DNA of 64,000 nucleotides from an uncultured Alphaproteobacteria bacterium (lineage in GTDB: Bacteria; Pseudomonadota; Alphaproteobacteria; HIMB59; GCA-002718135): NCBI GenBank assembly GCA_902539825.1, contig CACBMH010000001.1:930-64929 (forward strand), given 5' to 3'. Positions 10,000 through 18,790 of this stretch are shown piece after piece; positions within the stretch are counted from its first letter, which is position 1; each line of letters starts with the position of its first letter. A model generated the notes under the pieces. That model did not search any database and was not told the DNA's origin. It saw nothing but the letters and a program-made list of their open reading frames with translations. The translations under genes and the position numbers were made by a program.

Positions 10000-11688
10000 A
10001 TGACAGAAGAAAAAAAATATAAAGTTTTAGCTAGAAAATACAGACCTCAAAAATTTGAGGATTTAATTGGTCAAGAGTTATTAGTAAAAATTCTATCAAA
10101 CGCTATCAACAATGACCGGCTAGCTCATGCATATATTTTAACAGGTGTGAGAGGTGTTGGAAAAACTACCACTGCTAGACTTATAGCGATGAGTATTAAT
10201 TGTAAGAATAGAGATAAAAAAAATTGTGAACCATGTGGAACTTGTGATTCATGTAAATCAACAACTTCAGATAGTAATCTTGATGTTATTGAGATTGATG
10301 CAGCATCAAATACCGGTGTTGATGACATTAGAGAGATAATTGATAATGTAAAATATAAACCGGTTATTGGTGATTATAAAATATTTATAATTGATGAAGT
10401 TCATATGCTTTCAAAAAGTGCATTCAATGCTCTTCTTAAAACTTTAGAAGAGCCACCAGAACATGTTAAGTTTATTTTTGCTACAACAGAAATTAAAAAA
10501 GTACCAATAACTGTTTTATCAAGGTGTCAGAGATTTGATTTACATAGAATAGAAAATAAAATTTTATCAGATCATTTATTAAAAATTTCCAAACTAGAAA
10601 ATATTGATATAGATTTAGATGCCATTTCTTTACTTGTAAGATCAGCAGATGGATCTGTAAGAGATGGTCTTAGTCTATTAGATCAAGCAATAACTAGTCC
10701 AAATGAAAAAGTTGACTCTCAAGCTGTAATAAGCATGCTTGGATTAGCTGATAGAGAAAAAATATTTAACTTAATTGAAATTATCTTAGAAGGAGATGCT
10801 CATGGTGCAATTAAAAAGTATAAAGAGTTGTATGAGTTAGGGGCTGATATAGCAATGATATTTGACGAACTATTAAATGTAGTACATTTCCTTGTTCAAA
10901 TAAAGATTGCACCAGATTTAAAAGATGACATTTATGTTCCTGAATTTGAAAGAAATAAAGGAGCTGAATTATCATCAAAAATGACATTAAATAATTTGAA
11001 TATTATATGGCAAATTTTATTTAAAGGTTACCAAGAATTACAAAATAGTTCTCATTTATACCAACATGGAGAAATGATTATTTTAAGAATCATTTATTTG
11101 CATGATGGCCCTAGTCCAGAAGATCTAATTAAAAAAATGGATAAAGAAGTAGCAAAAAAAGAATCTTTAGAAAAAAATCTTGAACTACAAAATGCAGCTA
11201 ATGAAAGTAACAAGATTCTAAACTTTTATGAAAATAAAAAAGAAATTTCTCCAAAAGAAAATTTAAATATAAAACATGTTCAAGACTTTAGATATTTTGT
11301 CGATATGTTTTTTAAAAATAGAGAAGGATTACTTCATACTAAGTTATATAATGATGTACAGTTAGTCTCTTTTAAAGAAGGAGAAGTTACCCTAAACACA
11401 TCTAAAATTAATGACACTGGCTTCAATAGAACAGTTGCGAAATTAATCTCTAAATGGACTGGAAGAATATGGCAGATACATTCATCTACAAGCAATCTTG
11501 GAAAAAGTTTGCATGATGAAGATATTATTAACCAACAAAAAGAAATTGAAATAATGAAAAATCATCCAGAAGTAAAAAAAATATTAAAAGAATTTCCTGA
11601 AAGTAAAATTCACGCTATTACAGAACTGGGTGAAACAAATGATGATGACGCAGATATGAATAAAACAAAGATGAAAAAGGAGAAATAA
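10000..11688 (+). CDS. dnaX: DNA polymerase III subunit tau (gamma/tau)
   Basis: Walker A GVRGVGKTT, zinc module CEPCGTCDSC, DEVHML box and SRCQRF sensor. Start set at the ATG at 10000 (MTEEKKYKVLARKYRP). The tracked TTG start at 9967 would overlap the SRP RNA. Confidence 0.92.
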   Translation: MTEEKKYKVLARKYRPQKFEDLIGQELLVKILSNAINNDRLAHAYILTGVRGVGKTTTARLIAMSINCKNRDKKNCEPCGTCDSCKSTTSDSNLDVIEIDAASNTGVDDIREIIDNVKYKPVIGDYKIFIIDEVHMLSKSAFNALLKTLEEPPEHVKFIFATTEIKKVPITVLSRCQRFDLHRIENKILSDHLLKISKLENIDIDLDAISLLVRSADGSVRDGLSLLDQAITSPNEKVDSQAVISMLGLADREKIFNLIEIILEGDAHGAIKKYKELYELGADIAMIFDELLNVVHFLVQIKIAPDLKDDIYVPEFERNKGAELSSKMTLNNLNIIWQILFKGYQELQNSSHLYQHGEMIILRIIYLHDGPSPEDLIKKMDKEVAKKESLEKNLELQNAANESNKILNFYENKKEISPKENLNIKHVQDFRYFVDMFFKNREGLLHTKLYNDVQLVSFKEGEVTLNTSKINDTGFNRTVAKLISKWTGRIWQIHSSTSNLGKSLHDEDIINQQKEIEIMKNHPEVKKILKEFPESKIHAITELGETNDDDADMNKTKMKKEK

Positions 11689-12011
11689 TGGTTAATTTAG
11701 GTAATATGATGAAACAAGCTCAACAATTGCAAAAAAAAATGGCTGAAGCACAGAATAAATTAAATGATATTGAAGTTGAGGGTACTTCTGGAGGAGGTCT
11801 TATTAAAGTAACAGCTACAGCCAAAGGTAATTTTAAAAGAATTTCAATTGATGATAGCTTGATCAAACAAGAGGAGAAAGAAATACTTGAAGATCTGATC
11901 GTCGCTGCAATAAATGATGCTAAAGAAAAAGGAGAGGCTGCAGCTCAAGAAGAAATGAAAAATCTTACAGGTGGCCTACCATTACCTCCAGGAATAAAAC
12001 TTCCTTTTTAA
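11688..12011 (+). CDS. ybaB: Nucleoid-associated protein YbaB/EbfC
   Basis: 107 aa with NMMKQAQQLQKKM and GGGLIKV motifs. Lies between dnaX and recR. Confidence 0.9.
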   Translation: MVNLGNMMKQAQQLQKKMAEAQNKLNDIEVEGTSGGGLIKVTATAKGNFKRISIDDSLIKQEEKEILEDLIVAAINDAKEKGEAAAQEEMKNLTGGLPLPPGIKLPF

Positions 12012-12013
12012 AA

Positions 12014-12613
12014 ATGGAGCAATCCCCAATAGATAAATTAATAAACGATATTTCAAAACTTCCAGGATTAGGAAGAAGGTCAGCTCAAAGAATTGCTCTT
12101 TTTTTATTAAAAAATAAAGATAAAAATTTATCCCCTTTAATTGAGAGTTTAAATTTATCTTATAATAAAATTATTGAGTGCTCAGAATGTGGAAATATAG
12201 ATATGATAAACCCATGCAATATTTGCGCAAATTCTAAAAGGGATAAATCAACTATTTGTGTCGTTGAGGATGTATCAGATTTGTGGACATTAGAAAAAGT
12301 AGGATTTTATCGAGGTCTCTATAATGTACTAGGTGGCTCGTTATCAGCAATTCAAGGTATAGGAACTGATGAATTGAAAATAGAACATCTACTAAAGAGG
12401 ATTGAAACAAACAATGTTAAAGAAATTATTCTTGCCTTAAGTACAACTATGGAAGGACAAACAACATCTTTTGTTATTGCAGATAAATTGGAAAAATTTA
12501 AAGATTTAAATGTAACAAGACTAGCACAAGGTATCCCTATGGGTGGAGAAGTACACTACTTAGATGAAAACACATTAAATACAGCATTCCAATCTAGAAA
12601 AAAAATCACATAA
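12014..12613 (+). CDS. recR: Recombination protein RecR
   Basis: 199 aa with LPGLGRRSAQRIA (HhH), zinc finger CSECGNIDMINPCNIC and a Toprim region. Confidence 0.93.
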   Translation: MEQSPIDKLINDISKLPGLGRRSAQRIALFLLKNKDKNLSPLIESLNLSYNKIIECSECGNIDMINPCNICANSKRDKSTICVVEDVSDLWTLEKVGFYRGLYNVLGGSLSAIQGIGTDELKIEHLLKRIETNNVKEIILALSTTMEGQTTSFVIADKLEKFKDLNVTRLAQGIPMGGEVHYLDENTLNTAFQSRKKIT

Positions 12614-12618
12614 ATAAA

Positions 12619-13128
12619 ATGGATAAATTACTTTACGTACCAAATCCACTATTACGCCAAAAAGCAGATAAAATTCAGTCTGTTGGAATTAAGGAAAAAA
12701 AAATTGCCAAAAAAATGATGCAAATAATGATAAAAGCACCAGGTGTAGGTTTAGCAGCAAATCAAATTGGAATTCTAAAACAAATAGTGACTATATTTTT
12801 TGTAGATCAAAAGACTAAAAAAGAAACACAATATACATTATTTAACCCAAATATTGTTTCATACTCTCAAGAAAAAATTGTCATGGAAGAGGGTTGTTTA
12901 TCTCTTCCTGAACAATTTGCAGAAATTGAGAGACCTCAAAATATAGTAGTCGAGTACTTAGATGAAAATAACAAACAAATAACAAAAGAAGTTAGTGGAG
13001 TGGAATCAAGAATTTTACAACATGAAATTGATCATCTTTATGGAAAGTTATTTGTAGATTATCTTTCTTCATTAAAAAGAAATATAATGATCAAAAAAGT
13101 ACAAAAATTTTTAAAAAACAAAAAATAA
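12619..13128 (+). CDS. def: Peptide deformylase
   Basis: 169 aa with the three deformylase motifs GVGLAANQ, EGCLS and QHEIDH. Confidence 0.93.
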   Translation: MDKLLYVPNPLLRQKADKIQSVGIKEKKIAKKMMQIMIKAPGVGLAANQIGILKQIVTIFFVDQKTKKETQYTLFNPNIVSYSQEKIVMEEGCLSLPEQFAEIERPQNIVVEYLDENNKQITKEVSGVESRILQHEIDHLYGKLFVDYLSSLKRNIMIKKVQKFLKNKK

Positions 13129-14051
13129 TGAATAATAAAAAAATAATTTTTATGGGTTCGCCTAAAATAGCTTCTGACTATCTTGAGGCTTTAATTAAAG
13201 GTAATTTCATAATTTCCGCAGTATTTTCACAACCCCCAAAAAAGAAATCTAGAGGAATGAAAATAATTGAATCTGCAGTCCATCAGCTTGCAAATAAAAA
13301 TAACATTGAAGTTTTTTGTCCAAACATATTTGATAAAAATACTATTGAGATAGTAAAAAAATTAAATCCTGATTTAATTATTGTCATGGCATATGGTAAA
13401 ATATTACCAAAAGATATTTTAGACCTTCCCCCATTTGGTTGTATAAATATACATGTATCCTTGTTGCCTAGATGGAGGGGCGCAGCACCAATAGAACATT
13501 CTTTAATGAGTGGTGATAAAGAGACGGGTATATCAATAATACAACTAATCGAAAAATTAGATGCTGGACCAATTATTAATCAAAAAAAAGTAGATATAGA
13601 AGATGATTGTAATAAAAATGAATTAAGTCAAAAATTAACAGACGTTGGAATAAAATTATTAGTGGAAACTATTCCTCTTATTTTTGATAAAAAAATTTCC
13701 TATTCTGATCAGGATGATAATGATGCAACATATGCTAATAAAATTTCTTCACTAAACAGAAAAATTAATTTTAATAAATCTGTAAATGAAGTTTTAAATC
13801 TCATAAGAGCACATTCTCCTAAACCTGGTGCTTGGTTTACTATACAAAATGAAAGAATTAAGATCATTAAAGCAAAAAAATCAAATTCTAGTGGTAATGC
13901 ATCGACAATTCTTAACGAGACCTTTGATATTGGATGCAATGACGGAAGTATTGAGCCACTAATTTTACAAAGAGAAGGTAAAAATGCTATTTCTAAAGAT
14001 GATTTTCTTCGAGGGTATAGTTTTAAGGTTAATGAAGTAATAAATGCCTAA
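13128..14051 (+). CDS. fmt: Methionyl-tRNA formyltransferase
   Basis: 307 aa with the HVSLLPRWRGAAPI motif. def-fmt pairing. Confidence 0.92.
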   Translation: MNNKKIIFMGSPKIASDYLEALIKGNFIISAVFSQPPKKKSRGMKIIESAVHQLANKNNIEVFCPNIFDKNTIEIVKKLNPDLIIVMAYGKILPKDILDLPPFGCINIHVSLLPRWRGAAPIEHSLMSGDKETGISIIQLIEKLDAGPIINQKKVDIEDDCNKNELSQKLTDVGIKLLVETIPLIFDKKISYSDQDDNDATYANKISSLNRKINFNKSVNEVLNLIRAHSPKPGAWFTIQNERIKIIKAKKSNSSGNASTILNETFDIGCNDGSIEPLILQREGKNAISKDDFLRGYSFKVNEVINA

Positions 14052-14778
14052 CTACAAAATAACATTAGAATATGATGGAACTAATTATGTTGGTTGGCAA
14101 CGTCAAGAAAATGGTCCTTCTGTTCAACAATTGGTTGAAGAGGCTATAGAAAAACTATCAAAACAAAAAATAACTCTTTTTGGAGCTGGTCGAACAGATG
14201 CAGGAGTTCATGCAAGAGGACAAGTAGCTAATTTTGAATTAGAGCAACATTTTGATACTGGTACTATTAGAGATGGAATTAATCATTATCTAAGACCTCA
14301 ACCAATATCTATTTTATATGCTGAAGAAGTAGATAAAGATTTTAATTCAAGATTTTCAGCAAAATTGAGATGGTATGAATACAAGATCTTAAATAGAAGA
14401 TCACCAATTACTTTAGAGCAAAACAAAGTTTGGTGTGTACATAAAAAAATAGATGCTGAAAAAATAATAAAACAATCACAACAATTTATAGGCAAATTTG
14501 ACTTGTCTGCTTTTAGGTCAATAAATTGCCAATCAAAATCACCAATTAAATCTATTAATTCACTAGATATAAATTTTAATCATGATGAAATAAATTTTTT
14601 AATATCAGCTAAATCCTTTTTACATTCTCAAGTTAGAATCATGGTCGGTACACTGGTTGATATAGGACTTAGTAAAATAGAAAAATCTATTTCAGAAATT
14701 ATTCAATCCAAAAAAAGAGAATATGCAGGAGTTACTGCGCCACCTGAAGGATTATATTTATTGAAAATAGATTATTAA
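14044..14778 (+). CDS. truA: tRNA pseudouridine(38-40) synthase
   Basis: 244 aa with YDGTNYVGWQRQ and the catalytic GAGRTDAGVHA motif. Confidence 0.92.
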   Translation: MPNYKITLEYDGTNYVGWQRQENGPSVQQLVEEAIEKLSKQKITLFGAGRTDAGVHARGQVANFELEQHFDTGTIRDGINHYLRPQPISILYAEEVDKDFNSRFSAKLRWYEYKILNRRSPITLEQNKVWCVHKKIDAEKIIKQSQQFIGKFDLSAFRSINCQSKSPIKSINSLDINFNHDEINFLISAKSFLHSQVRIMVGTLVDIGLSKIEKSISEIIQSKKREYAGVTAPPEGLYLLKIDY

Positions 14779-15338
14779 TAAAAGCCAATCTCAGATAAAC
14801 AAATATCTGCTTGAAAATCTTTAAATCCAGCAACTAGACCTAATGTCTTGATATTCTGTCCAACTAATTTCTTAGGTTGATATGCATTTGATTTTTTAAA
14901 TTCGCTAAAGGGTGCTTTTATTACTGTCCACTCGGAATTAGTTTTAAAACTATACTTATAATATTGCCATGGAGCCATCGTCAGAGCGGTTCTTACATGA
15001 ATTGAATACTCTTCATTATTACCAAACACTTTAAAATAAACACCCTCAAACTCTTCAGTTGATATTGAAGGTTTTAATTGATTTCTTATTTGAATAAAGC
15101 CACCGTTATTTTCAGTCGTGACATCTCCTGTCATATGATAACAATTAACATCATTAACTTTTGATATGATCGCTTTTCCTTGCGACAACCCACCCATTAC
15201 CCCATCAGTAAAAAAAGCCCAATTTTGACCTTGAGATGAAATTCCAGGTGTTTTTAAGTTATCAAGAATCATTTTATTTTGAGATTGAAGATTGAATGAA
15301 AAAAATAAAATAAAAATAAAAATTATTAAACTTTTCAA
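14775..15338 (-). CDS. CIA30-domain protein (homolog of complex I intermediate-associated protein 30) with signal peptide
   Basis: 187 aa. N-terminal MKSLIIFIFILFFSFNLQSQ, then WAFFTDGVMGG ... GGFIQIR, which is typical of the CIA30 fold. Confidence 0.65.
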   Translation of the reverse strand: MKSLIIFIFILFFSFNLQSQNKMILDNLKTPGISSQGQNWAFFTDGVMGGLSQGKAIISKVNDVNCYHMTGDVTTENNGGFIQIRNQLKPSISTEEFEGVYFKVFGNNEEYSIHVRTALTMAPWQYYKYSFKTNSEWTVIKAPFSEFKKSNAYQPKKLVGQNIKTLGLVAGFKDFQADICLSEIGFY

Positions 15339-15619
15339 TTTTTACGATTTTCTGCTAATTTTTTTTTAATAAGGGATAAACCCGTTTCAACTTTGGATTT
15401 ATACGATTCTTCAAATGCCTTTAACTGCCAATCTGAAAATCTAGATTTTAGTTCAGATAAATTATTTTGTTTCCATTTATTTGAAGTATTTTCATCTTTC
15501 CAAATATCTTTCTCTTCATTAGTTCTTCCACAACCGTAGCAATACCCTGAGATTGGGTCAGTTTTACATACGCTAATGCAAGGCGAAGTTACTTTGTTCT
15601 GTTCCATGATAATATACAT
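15335..15619 (-). CDS. DUF1289-family small Cys-containing protein
   Basis: 94 aa with SPCISVCKTDPISGYCYGCGRT, the DUF1289 signature. The true start may be the internal MEQNK. Confidence 0.75.
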   Translation of the reverse strand: MYIIMEQNKVTSPCISVCKTDPISGYCYGCGRTNEEKDIWKDENTSNKWKQNNLSELKSRFSDWQLKAFEESYKSKVETGLSLIKKKLAENRKN

Positions 15620-15668
15620 ATATTTTTTTTTAGTTTATTCCATTAAAACGATGTAAAACTTTAAAATT

Positions 15669-16634
15669 ATGACTGATTTTAGCTATTTAAATGTTGATAA
15701 TGCTTATAAATTGATCAGCCAAAAGGTAACAAAAACTCCTTTGGTAACTAATGATTACATAAATAATCTTTTAGAAGCTGAAATTTATTTTAAACTTGAG
15801 AATTTACAAAATACTGGATCATTTAAACTACGGGGAGCTACACATAAAATTACAAAATTAATAGAAACTGTAAAAGACTCAGGTATAGTAGCATATTCAT
15901 CAGGTAATCATGCACAGGCTGTTGCCTATGCATCTATGATTAATACTATTAGTGCAAAAATAATAATGCCTAAAACTGCACCTCAAATAAAAATTGAAAA
16001 TACAAAAAAATATGGAGCAGAGGTAATATTATATGACACTTACTTTCAAAGTAGAGAAGAGATAGGAAATGAAATTCAAAAGAAGGATAAGAGAGCTTTA
16101 ATTAAACCCTATGATGATGAAGATATAATTGCTGGTCAGGGAACTGCAGCTATCGAAATTGTAAATGATTTGAAAGAGCAATCAATTGAACCTGATCTGT
16201 ATTTATGTTGTTGTGGAGGTGGAGGGCTTATTGCAGGAACATCAACATACTTAAAACATATTTACCCAAATATAAAATCATATTCTGTAGAGCCTCAAGA
16301 ATTTGATGACACAAAAAGATCTTTAGAAGCTGGTAAACTTATAGAAAATAAAAAAAATGCTAAATCTTTTTGTGATGCATTATTGGCACCACAACCTGGT
16401 AATATAACTTTTCAAATTAATTCAAATAATCTTGAAGGAGGACTAAGTGTTTCTGATGAAGAAGTAACAAAAACTATAATTTTGCTAGCCGAACAACTTA
16501 AAATAGTTGTGGAGCCAGGAGGAGCAGTTGCAGCTGCAGCAGCATTAAATAATAAAATTGATGTTAAAAATAAAAAAATTATAGTTATGATTTCTGGTGG
16601 CAATATCGATCTAAGTTTATTTAATAAGTTATAA
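15669..16634 (+). CDS. PLP-dependent threonine/serine dehydratase (threonine ammonia-lyase, short form)
   Basis: 321 aa with the PLP-lysine motif GSFKLRGA, SSGNHAQA and a glycine loop CCGGGGLIAG. No C-terminal regulatory ACT-like domains. Confidence 0.8.
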   Translation: MTDFSYLNVDNAYKLISQKVTKTPLVTNDYINNLLEAEIYFKLENLQNTGSFKLRGATHKITKLIETVKDSGIVAYSSGNHAQAVAYASMINTISAKIIMPKTAPQIKIENTKKYGAEVILYDTYFQSREEIGNEIQKKDKRALIKPYDDEDIIAGQGTAAIEIVNDLKEQSIEPDLYLCCCGGGGLIAGTSTYLKHIYPNIKSYSVEPQEFDDTKRSLEAGKLIENKKNAKSFCDALLAPQPGNITFQINSNNLEGGLSVSDEEVTKTIILLAEQLKIVVEPGGAVAAAAALNNKIDVKNKKIIVMISGGNIDLSLFNKL

Positions 16635-18397
16635 TGAATCAATCAAATTTAAAAAAATTACAAAATCTATTAAAAGATAAAGATATCGATATTTTTGTCA
16701 TTAATAGAAGTGATGAATATTTAAATGAGTATATTTCCCCAAATGCAGAAAGATTAAATTTTATAACAAACTTTTCTGGCTCAGCAGGAAGAGCAATTAT
16801 AACACCAACAGATGCCTTCTTGTATGTTGATGGAAGATATACTTTTCAAGCAAATACTCAAATTAACGCCAAAGAGATTCAAGCAAAACACTTAAATAGC
16901 TTTTGGACAGATTTAGAAAAAATTTTATTAGAAGAAGAATATAAAATTGCATTAGATCCAACTCTTCATTCAATTATAGAAATTGAAAAAGTGGTTAAAA
17001 TGTTAGAGAATTCAAAATCTCAACTCCAACTAATAGATAAAAATTTTGTTGATTTAATATGGGAAAATCAACCAAAAACTCAGTATACAGATATATTTGA
17101 TCATCCAACAATTTTTGCTGGTCAGAGCAGAAGTGAGAAATTAGATATTTTAAAAAAATTTTTAGATCAAAATGAAATTGATCATTACTTTATTTCTGGC
17201 CTTGATAATATTGCTTGGCTATTAAATTTAAGAGCAGATGATATAAAATATACACCGCTGCTTTATTCTTATCTTCTAATTTCAAAAAATAATAAACACT
17301 CTTTGTATATTCATGAGTCTTCAATGCCCAAAATTCTAAAAAAAGAAATCCAAACACTAATAAATATTAATAATATTGAAAATATCGGATCAATTTTTAA
17401 TAACATTAATTCATCCCAATCAATTGGTTTAGATTTTAATTCCACTACTTTTTATTTTTTAGATCTTTTAAGAAAACAAAAAATAAATACTAAAAATATA
17501 GCAAATCCATGTATTTTGTTAAAAGCTATCAAAAATGAAACTGAACTTGATGGGGCAAAAAAAGCACATATAAGAGATGGTGTTAGTATTACCAAATATA
17601 TTTATTGGTTAAAAAATATCATGGATCCTAAATCAAATGATGAAATAAGTGTTGCACATCATTTAGAAAATCTGCGAAGAAAAAATGAATTATTTCATTC
17701 TCTATCTTTTGATACAATATCAGCAATTGATCAAAATGCAGCCCTTCCTCATTACCGTGTCACTGAAGAAGGAAAATCATCTTTCTCAGATAATAATATT
17801 TATCTTGTTGACTCAGGAGGGCAATATTTTGATGGAACAACCGATATAACAAGAACTATAATTTTAGGTGAAGCAACAACAGAACAAAAAGATAGATTTA
17901 CGAGAGTTCTTAAAGGTCATATTGCATTATCAAATCATGTTTTTGAAAAGGGAACAAAAGGAACTGATATTGATTATCTAGCAAGAAAAAGTCTACAAGA
18001 AATTAATTTAGATTATGATCATGGTACCGGTCACGGTATAGGAAGTTTTTTGAGTGTCCATGAAGCCCCACAACGTATTGCAAAAAAATCAATGTTTGAT
18101 AGCGTTGAGTTGCTTCCAGGAATGATTTTATCCAATGAACCTGGATACTATAAAGAAAATGAATATGGTATAAGAACAGAAAATTTAGTCGTGATAAAAG
18201 AGAATAATGATAAGAAATTATATTTTGAAAACATCTCGTGGTGTCCAATAGATTTGGATCTCATTGAAAGTAGCATGCTTGATCAAATTGAAAGAAATTG
18301 GCTAAATAAATATCATAGAAAGGTGTATGAAAAATTGCACACGTACCTTGATAATCAAGAAAGAGATTGGCTTAAAAAGGTAACTTCTGAAGTTTAG
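16634..18397 (+). CDS. pepP: Xaa-Pro aminopeptidase (M24B, aminopeptidase P family)
   Basis: 587 aa with M24 metal-ligand motifs DSGGQY, DGTTDITRT, HGTGHGIG and SNEPGYY. Confidence 0.85.
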   Translation: MNQSNLKKLQNLLKDKDIDIFVINRSDEYLNEYISPNAERLNFITNFSGSAGRAIITPTDAFLYVDGRYTFQANTQINAKEIQAKHLNSFWTDLEKILLEEEYKIALDPTLHSIIEIEKVVKMLENSKSQLQLIDKNFVDLIWENQPKTQYTDIFDHPTIFAGQSRSEKLDILKKFLDQNEIDHYFISGLDNIAWLLNLRADDIKYTPLLYSYLLISKNNKHSLYIHESSMPKILKKEIQTLININNIENIGSIFNNINSSQSIGLDFNSTTFYFLDLLRKQKINTKNIANPCILLKAIKNETELDGAKKAHIRDGVSITKYIYWLKNIMDPKSNDEISVAHHLENLRRKNELFHSLSFDTISAIDQNAALPHYRVTEEGKSSFSDNNIYLVDSGGQYFDGTTDITRTIILGEATTEQKDRFTRVLKGHIALSNHVFEKGTKGTDIDYLARKSLQEINLDYDHGTGHGIGSFLSVHEAPQRIAKKSMFDSVELLPGMILSNEPGYYKENEYGIRTENLVVIKENNDKKLYFENISWCPIDLDLIESSMLDQIERNWLNKYHRKVYEKLHTYLDNQERDWLKKVTSEV

Positions 18398-18399
18398 TT

Positions 18400-18422
18400 A
18401 AAGCCGCCAATTATGCGGCTTT
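18400..18422 (+). terminator. Hairpin terminator after pepP
   Basis: Stem AAAGCCGC (18400-18407), loop CAATTAT, stem GCGGCTTT (18415-18422), followed by CTTATT. It is the only G+C-rich element in this spacer. Confidence 0.7.
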
Positions 18423-18587
18423 CTTATTGATATCAAATTCAGTTTTTAAGAGATGCTTATCTAATTCAATTTTCCATTCTTTTCCATATTCAGATTTGAA
18501 ATATTTAACTAAATCCTCATCATTATTGTAGTTTTTGTCGCTTAAATCCTCGTAAACTTTGTTAAAAAAGTTAAAAACATTAATCAT
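18411..18587 (-). CDS. Hypothetical small protein (58 aa), below the ORF-track cutoff
   Basis: ATG at 18587 preceded by GAAAGGAATAAATA (an AGGA Shine-Dalgarno). Translation MINVFNFFNKVYEDLSDKNYNNDEDLVKYFKSEYGKEWKIELDKHLLKTEFDINKKAA, with the TAA stop in the terminator loop. A 58-codon open frame is unlikely by chance in DNA this AT-rich. I recognise no family. Confidence 0.45.
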   Translation of the reverse strand: MINVFNFFNKVYEDLSDKNYNNDEDLVKYFKSEYGKEWKIELDKHLLKTEFDINKKAA

Positions 18588-18790
18588 TATTTATTCCTTT
18601 CAATTATAAAATAGTAATTAATCTATGCAATCAAAGTATAAAAATTTGAATTTTAATATGCAAAATATGCATATATAAATATTTTAAAAATTTAAATGTA
18701 CTTAAATTATTTAATAATAATTAAAATTAATTGTTCCTGATTGACTTTGTACATTAATACTTCATAGATTTTATAATATTATAACGTTCA

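Noticed and set aside
18650-18685. The repeated ATATGCA / ATATGCATAT motif in the long spacer, considered as a regulator site
   Set aside because: It is short and lies in a nearly pure A+T context where such palindromes arise by chance. It is mentioned only within the spacer finding.
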